A stretch of DNA of 62,357 nucleotides, filler included. It is 5 parts of 5 records of this genome, joined end to end, with 100 filler letters (N's around TTAATTAATTAA, not from the genome) between each part and the next. Parts side by side here need not be neighbours in the genome. Positions count along the whole stretch, not along the records: positions 56,938 to 62,357 come from DRR723986_25675; 4 more parts are not named here. One strand, 5' to 3'. Positions within the stretch are counted from its first letter, which is position 1; each line of letters starts with the position of its first letter. A program made the translations under genes and the position numbers. The notes under the pieces are model-generated. The model made no database searches. It had not been told where the DNA came from and was given only the letters and a program-made list of their open reading frames with translations. This document shows, piece by piece, positions 58,537 through 62,357 of the stretch.

Positions 58537-59385
58537 TTAACTCTTTTCGAGCGCACGTAATGAACGAACGGCCTCTTCGAAATGTTGTGGATGGGTTGCG
58601 ATGGCGTCGCGCAACAGACCTTTGCCGGTGGTGACATCCCCCTGTTTCACAGCCGAAAGAGCCAGCGTATGCAGCAGTTGTGCGCGCTCAGCTTGGTCCA
58701 TGGGGATAACGGGCAGCGTGTAGTTGCGTTGAGCGCCGCGGGCCAGGATTAGGTTGTTCTTGGCGGTGAACAGCGTTTGGTCTTGGCGAATGGCATCGCC
58801 AAACAACCGCTCCGCTTCGGCATAATCGCCGCGCGTCAGCTTGGAATAGCCCCAGTTGTTCATCACACCTGCGGGGCGAGTGGTGAGACCAATGGCGGTT
58901 TCATAAAACGAGTCCGCCCGTTTCCATTCGCGGTTGGCGTCTGCGACCATCGCTTCGAGCCGATAGCGCTTGAATGTTTCGTGGATAGGTGGCACTGCAT
59001 CCAGTGTTTTTTCGGCGCCTTCCCAGTCTCCGCTACGGATCAATGCATCAGCAAGATCAATCGAGTCATCGGGCGTGGCGTCGTCCATCTTGACGACTTT
59101 GGACCATGCAGCAACGGCTTCGGTGGTCCGTTTTGATCGGATAAGAGACTTGGCAAGGCCACGCTGTAGATCAATGCGTTTGGGATTGTCGCGGGCGGCT
59201 TTTTGAAAATAGGAAACCGCTTCGTTGGGATCCGCAACGGTTAACATCACATCATTCAGGTTGGTTTCATCAACAACGTTGACGTCCTGAAACGCGCGCT
59301 CAACCGTTTCGTCTGCCTTTTTGGCGCAGGCTGACAAAGCCAATCCGCCAAGCAAAACTGCCGGAATCAAGAATGTGTGGCGCAT
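58537..59385 (-). CDS. TPR lipoprotein, TadD-like
   Basis: Lipobox LSAC; TPR-like VMNNWGYS..GDYAEAE, AKNNL. Confidence 0.82.
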   Translation of the reverse strand: MRHTFLIPAVLLGGLALSACAKKADETVERAFQDVNVVDETNLNDVMLTVADPNEAVSYFQKAARDNPKRIDLQRGLAKSLIRSKRTTEAVAAWSKVVKMDDATPDDSIDLADALIRSGDWEGAEKTLDAVPPIHETFKRYRLEAMVADANREWKRADSFYETAIGLTTRPAGVMNNWGYSKLTRGDYAEAERLFGDAIRQDQTLFTAKNNLILARGAQRNYTLPVIPMDQAERAQLLHTLALSAVKQGDVTTGKGLLRDAIATHPQHFEEAVRSLRALEKS

Positions 59386-59414
59386 TATTGCGTCCTTTTA
59401 CTGCTCTGCCTCGA

Positions 59415-60005
59415 TCATGGTATCTTACGGATCAGGAATTCACCTTTGCCCCGTTGCACCAATTTATAATCTTCTTGTTGTTCAATAGTATTAGCAGGTT
59501 TTTCTGTTTTTGCGAGTGCTATCCGTAAATTGTCTCGGATTGAGTCACTTTGGCCATCATCCAGAGCATACGCCTTGCGAAAGATCTGTGTTGCCTCGGC
59601 GACTTTGCCCTGTTCCATCAACAAAACGCCAAGGTTGTTCCAGGCTTCGGGCCAGTCCGGGGCTTCAGCCACCGCGCGGCGTAACATCGTTTCGGCTTGG
59701 CCCAAACGTCCCAAGCCCAGATTGGCAGTGCCCAATCCGGTCAAGATCTCAGTGGTCAATCCCTCGTCCAAAGCAGCGCGGGTGAACGCATCGATCGCCA
59801 GCTCGTATTCCCCGGCGGCCATTAGGCGTTGACCAACCTCGACCCCGCCGACTGCATCTTTGCTATGGTCGATACCGGGGGCAAAAGGGCTGTCGGGCAG
59901 GGCGGGCTGTGAGGTCGAATTACAAGAGGCCACCGTTGCTGCAGCAACGATGGCCAAGAGTGTTCGGGTAAACGGTGCGTGGTTTATCACACCTGTATTT
60001 GTCAT
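59415..60005 (-). CDS. TPR lipoprotein, TadD-like
   Basis: Lipobox VASC; PDWPEAWNNLGVLLMEQG TPR. Confidence 0.82.
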   Translation of the reverse strand: MTNTGVINHAPFTRTLLAIVAAATVASCNSTSQPALPDSPFAPGIDHSKDAVGGVEVGQRLMAAGEYELAIDAFTRAALDEGLTTEILTGLGTANLGLGRLGQAETMLRRAVAEAPDWPEAWNNLGVLLMEQGKVAEATQIFRKAYALDDGQSDSIRDNLRIALAKTEKPANTIEQQEDYKLVQRGKGEFLIRKIP

Positions 60006-60009
60006 TTTA

Positions 60010-60990
60010 TCAGTTGCTCATGTTACCAAGGTCCGCGATGCCTTTTGCTGAGGGCCCGATCAGGATGATCAGCAACGGCGGAACCGTTAGCATCATTGTG
60101 GCAAGGGTCATTTTGGTTGGCAACTTGTTTGCGGCTTCTTCTGCGCGCATCACGCGTTTGTCACGCATTTCCCCGGCATAAACCCGCAGCGCCTCGGCGA
60201 TTGAGGTACCAAAGGCGGCTGACTGGATCATCACCGTAACAAAAGAGGCTACATCGGTTACGCCGCTGCGTATCCCCATGTCGCGTAGAACTTTATCCTT
60301 GTCTTTACCGGCCTTCATTTCGTGCGAAACAACTTCGAATTCATCCGCAAGTTCAGGATAAGAGGCGCGCAGTTCTTTTGCCACACGGATAATCGCCTGG
60401 TCCAAGGATTGCCCGGCTTCTACACAGACAAGCATCATGTCCAACGAATCCGGAAAGCCCGCTGTGATCGCCTCTTTGCGCTCTTCGACCCGGCGGGTGA
60501 CCCAATATTTGGGCAACATATATCCGGCACCACCGGGGCCTAGAACGCGAATGAGCTGCGCTTGCGCATCAAATTCCTGATCAGCGGCGATTATGGTGAC
60601 ATAAATAAAACCCAAGATTAACCCGGTGATGCCCAACGCAAACTGGGCAAAGTGAAAGAACCGAACCGAATCCTTTGATTGATACCCGGCCTGACGCAGC
60701 TTGAGTTCCATCGCCGACAATTCGTCTGCATCCTGAGGTTCCAGAAATGTTGCAAACTTCTGCAGCTGTTCGTTGCGCCCACCTTGACGCAGCTTTTCTT
60801 TCTGCGGTGCGCTTTTCGTTTTCTGGTTGATGTCGCGCTTGAACTTCTTCAGCGGATCCTCGGGCTGTTTGAGCATCAATGGGATTGCCATCAAGATCAT
60901 GAACAGACCCAGCACTCCGACCACGATGATAGGTCCGAATTCGCCCAATTGACCGGTTAAGAACCCATTGATTTGATTTAGGATGTCCAT
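60010..60990 (-). CDS. tadC: Tad pilus inner-membrane protein TadC
   Basis: FPDSLDMMLVCVEAGQSL, GTSIAEALR, RAEEAANKLPTKM. Confidence 0.93.
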   Translation of the reverse strand: MDILNQINGFLTGQLGEFGPIIVVGVLGLFMILMAIPLMLKQPEDPLKKFKRDINQKTKSAPQKEKLRQGGRNEQLQKFATFLEPQDADELSAMELKLRQAGYQSKDSVRFFHFAQFALGITGLILGFIYVTIIAADQEFDAQAQLIRVLGPGGAGYMLPKYWVTRRVEERKEAITAGFPDSLDMMLVCVEAGQSLDQAIIRVAKELRASYPELADEFEVVSHEMKAGKDKDKVLRDMGIRSGVTDVASFVTVMIQSAAFGTSIAEALRVYAGEMRDKRVMRAEEAANKLPTKMTLATMMLTVPPLLIILIGPSAKGIADLGNMSN

Positions 60991-60999
60991 TGAGCGCTC

Positions 61000-61968
61000 C
61001 TATACTTTGATGTTCGTCAGGGACCGCATGACGATCAGATTTACCGTCAGCAAGATCCCGACGACAAAACAGGCGGGAATAAACCAAGGGTGATCCATAA
61101 CGCCGTCGTAATATCCGGGGTCGTTGAACAGGATGACCATCAGGGCGATCAGCGGAAAGGCGGATAGAAACTTGCCCGACCATTGGGCCTCGGCAGTGAT
61201 GGCTTTGACGCGTCGGAACAGGCGGAACCGCGCCCGAATAACTTTGGCCAAGCCTGCGAGAACTTCGGCCAGGTTACCACCAGATTGCTGCTGGATGGTC
61301 ACGGCAACTGAGAGGAACCGCAAATCCTGCATTCCCATTCGTTCGGCCATTTCCTTGAGCGCTTCTGAAACGTCCCGTCCATAGGCGCTTTCGTCTGAGA
61401 TAATCCCGAATTCGGTGGCAATGGGGTCTTCGGATTCTTTGGCGACGATCTGAATAGCAGACACAAATGGGTGGCCCACACGCAGTGAGCGCACCATGAG
61501 TTCCACGGCATCGGGGAGCTGCTCTTCGAACAACGCCATGCGTTTTTTCGCTTTGCTGTTGACCCAGATGTACACCGCGCTGACCCCGATGAGAACAGAT
61601 GCGCCCACACGAATTGGCAGCTCGGTCTGCGTTCCAACGCTGAGCCCCACAAAGGCCACGCCCGACAATCCCGCCATGATCATGATGAGCTGTCTAGGGG
61701 TAAATGCTATGGCTGCTTTTTGCGCCTTTTCAGCAAGCAAAGAATACAGCGGGATCGAGCGCGATTTCATGTGCTGCTGCATTTCCTTGCGCAGCTGTTC
61801 CAGAACTTGTTCGCGTCCCGTGCCCTTATCGAGCATTTCCAGACGTCTGTTCACCCGGCTGTTGAGGCTGATAGATTTGCCAAACGCAACCAGATACAGC
61901 CCCTCAACAAGGACCAAAACGCCTACAAATATTAATCCATAGATAATTGGTTCTGCACTCAGTTGCAT
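61000..61968 (-). CDS. tadB: Tad pilus inner-membrane protein TadB
   Basis: FEEQLPDAVELMVRSLRVGHP, QQQSGGNLAEVL, KAITAE. Confidence 0.93.
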   Translation of the reverse strand: MQLSAEPIIYGLIFVGVLVLVEGLYLVAFGKSISLNSRVNRRLEMLDKGTGREQVLEQLRKEMQQHMKSRSIPLYSLLAEKAQKAAIAFTPRQLIMIMAGLSGVAFVGLSVGTQTELPIRVGASVLIGVSAVYIWVNSKAKKRMALFEEQLPDAVELMVRSLRVGHPFVSAIQIVAKESEDPIATEFGIISDESAYGRDVSEALKEMAERMGMQDLRFLSVAVTIQQQSGGNLAEVLAGLAKVIRARFRLFRRVKAITAEAQWSGKFLSAFPLIALMVILFNDPGYYDGVMDHPWFIPACFVVGILLTVNLIVMRSLTNIKV

Positions 61969-61979
61969 CTTGATACCCC

Positions 61980-62357
61980 TTACATTGTCGTTGGTTCGTA
62001 GATCGAGGCGGGCAGATCATACCCCCACATCCGGAACCGTTCGGAATAGTGGCTACGCACACCTGTTGCGGTGAAGTGGCCAATAATTTTGTTGTCTGGT
62101 GTCAGGCCAACGCGCTGATACCGGAAAATTTCTTGCATCGAGATCACATCGCCCTCCATCCCCGTAATTTCGGTGATTGAGGTCATCCGACGCGAGCCAT
62201 CTTGCAGACGGCTCGCCTGAACAATCAGGTTCACAGCCGATGAAATCTGGGAGCGGACTGCTTTGAGCGGCATTTCGATGCCGGCCATCGCGATCATGTT
62301 TTCCAAACGGCTGACACCATCGCGGGCGCTGTTGGCGTGGATCGTGGTCATCGACCC
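61980..62357 (-). CDS. tadA: Tad pilus ATPase TadA/CpaF, C-terminal part (5' truncated by window edge)
   Basis: MTTIHAN, RLENMI, RLQDGSRR, ITEITGMEG. Confidence 0.92.
   Translation of the reverse strand, partial: GSMTTIHANSARDGVSRLENMIAMAGIEMPLKAVRSQISSAVNLIVQASRLQDGSRRMTSITEITGMEGDVISMQEIFRYQRVGLTPDNKIIGHFTATGVRSHYSERFRMWGYDLPASIYEPTTM

Overview
The window is five separate contigs joined by 100-nt artificial linkers (N44-TTAATTAATTAA-N44 at 20038-20137, 25421-25520, 48252-48351, 56838-56937) and, by gene content and composition, comes from at least three different bacterial lineages. (1) 1-20037: a high-GC gammaproteobacterium with ftsA-ftsZ-lpxC-M23 peptidase-secA-argJ-mutT converging on coaE-pilD-pilC-pilB. 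A divergent sigma54-driven pilA is followed by an AT-richer cassette of two tandem TMTC/TfpW-like (GT-C) membrane glycosyltransferases and a GT2, then lrp/ald. (2) 20138-25420: probable alphaproteobacterial TRAP transporter, Nac-like LysR and amidase. (3) 25521-48251: planctomycete cluster of three co-oriented extracellular proteins (5113, 752 and about 1158 aa), all carrying the planctomycete LExRxLL N-terminal motif and a dockerin. One has a cohesin-like domain, one an intact zinc-protease motif, and the giant one an apparently inactivated protease motif and nested repeat modules. (4) 48352-56837: Rhodobacteraceae-like prpE, amidase, acyl-CoA ligase, candidate sRNA, NAD kinase, glyA, small genes and a tRNA 3' end. 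(5) 56938-62357: Rhodobacteraceae-like tad/Flp pilus locus. The best candidates for under-described systems are the pilin-glycosylation cassette and the planctomycete cohesin/dockerin surface-protein cluster. All family assignments are from motif recognition by eye, not database searches.
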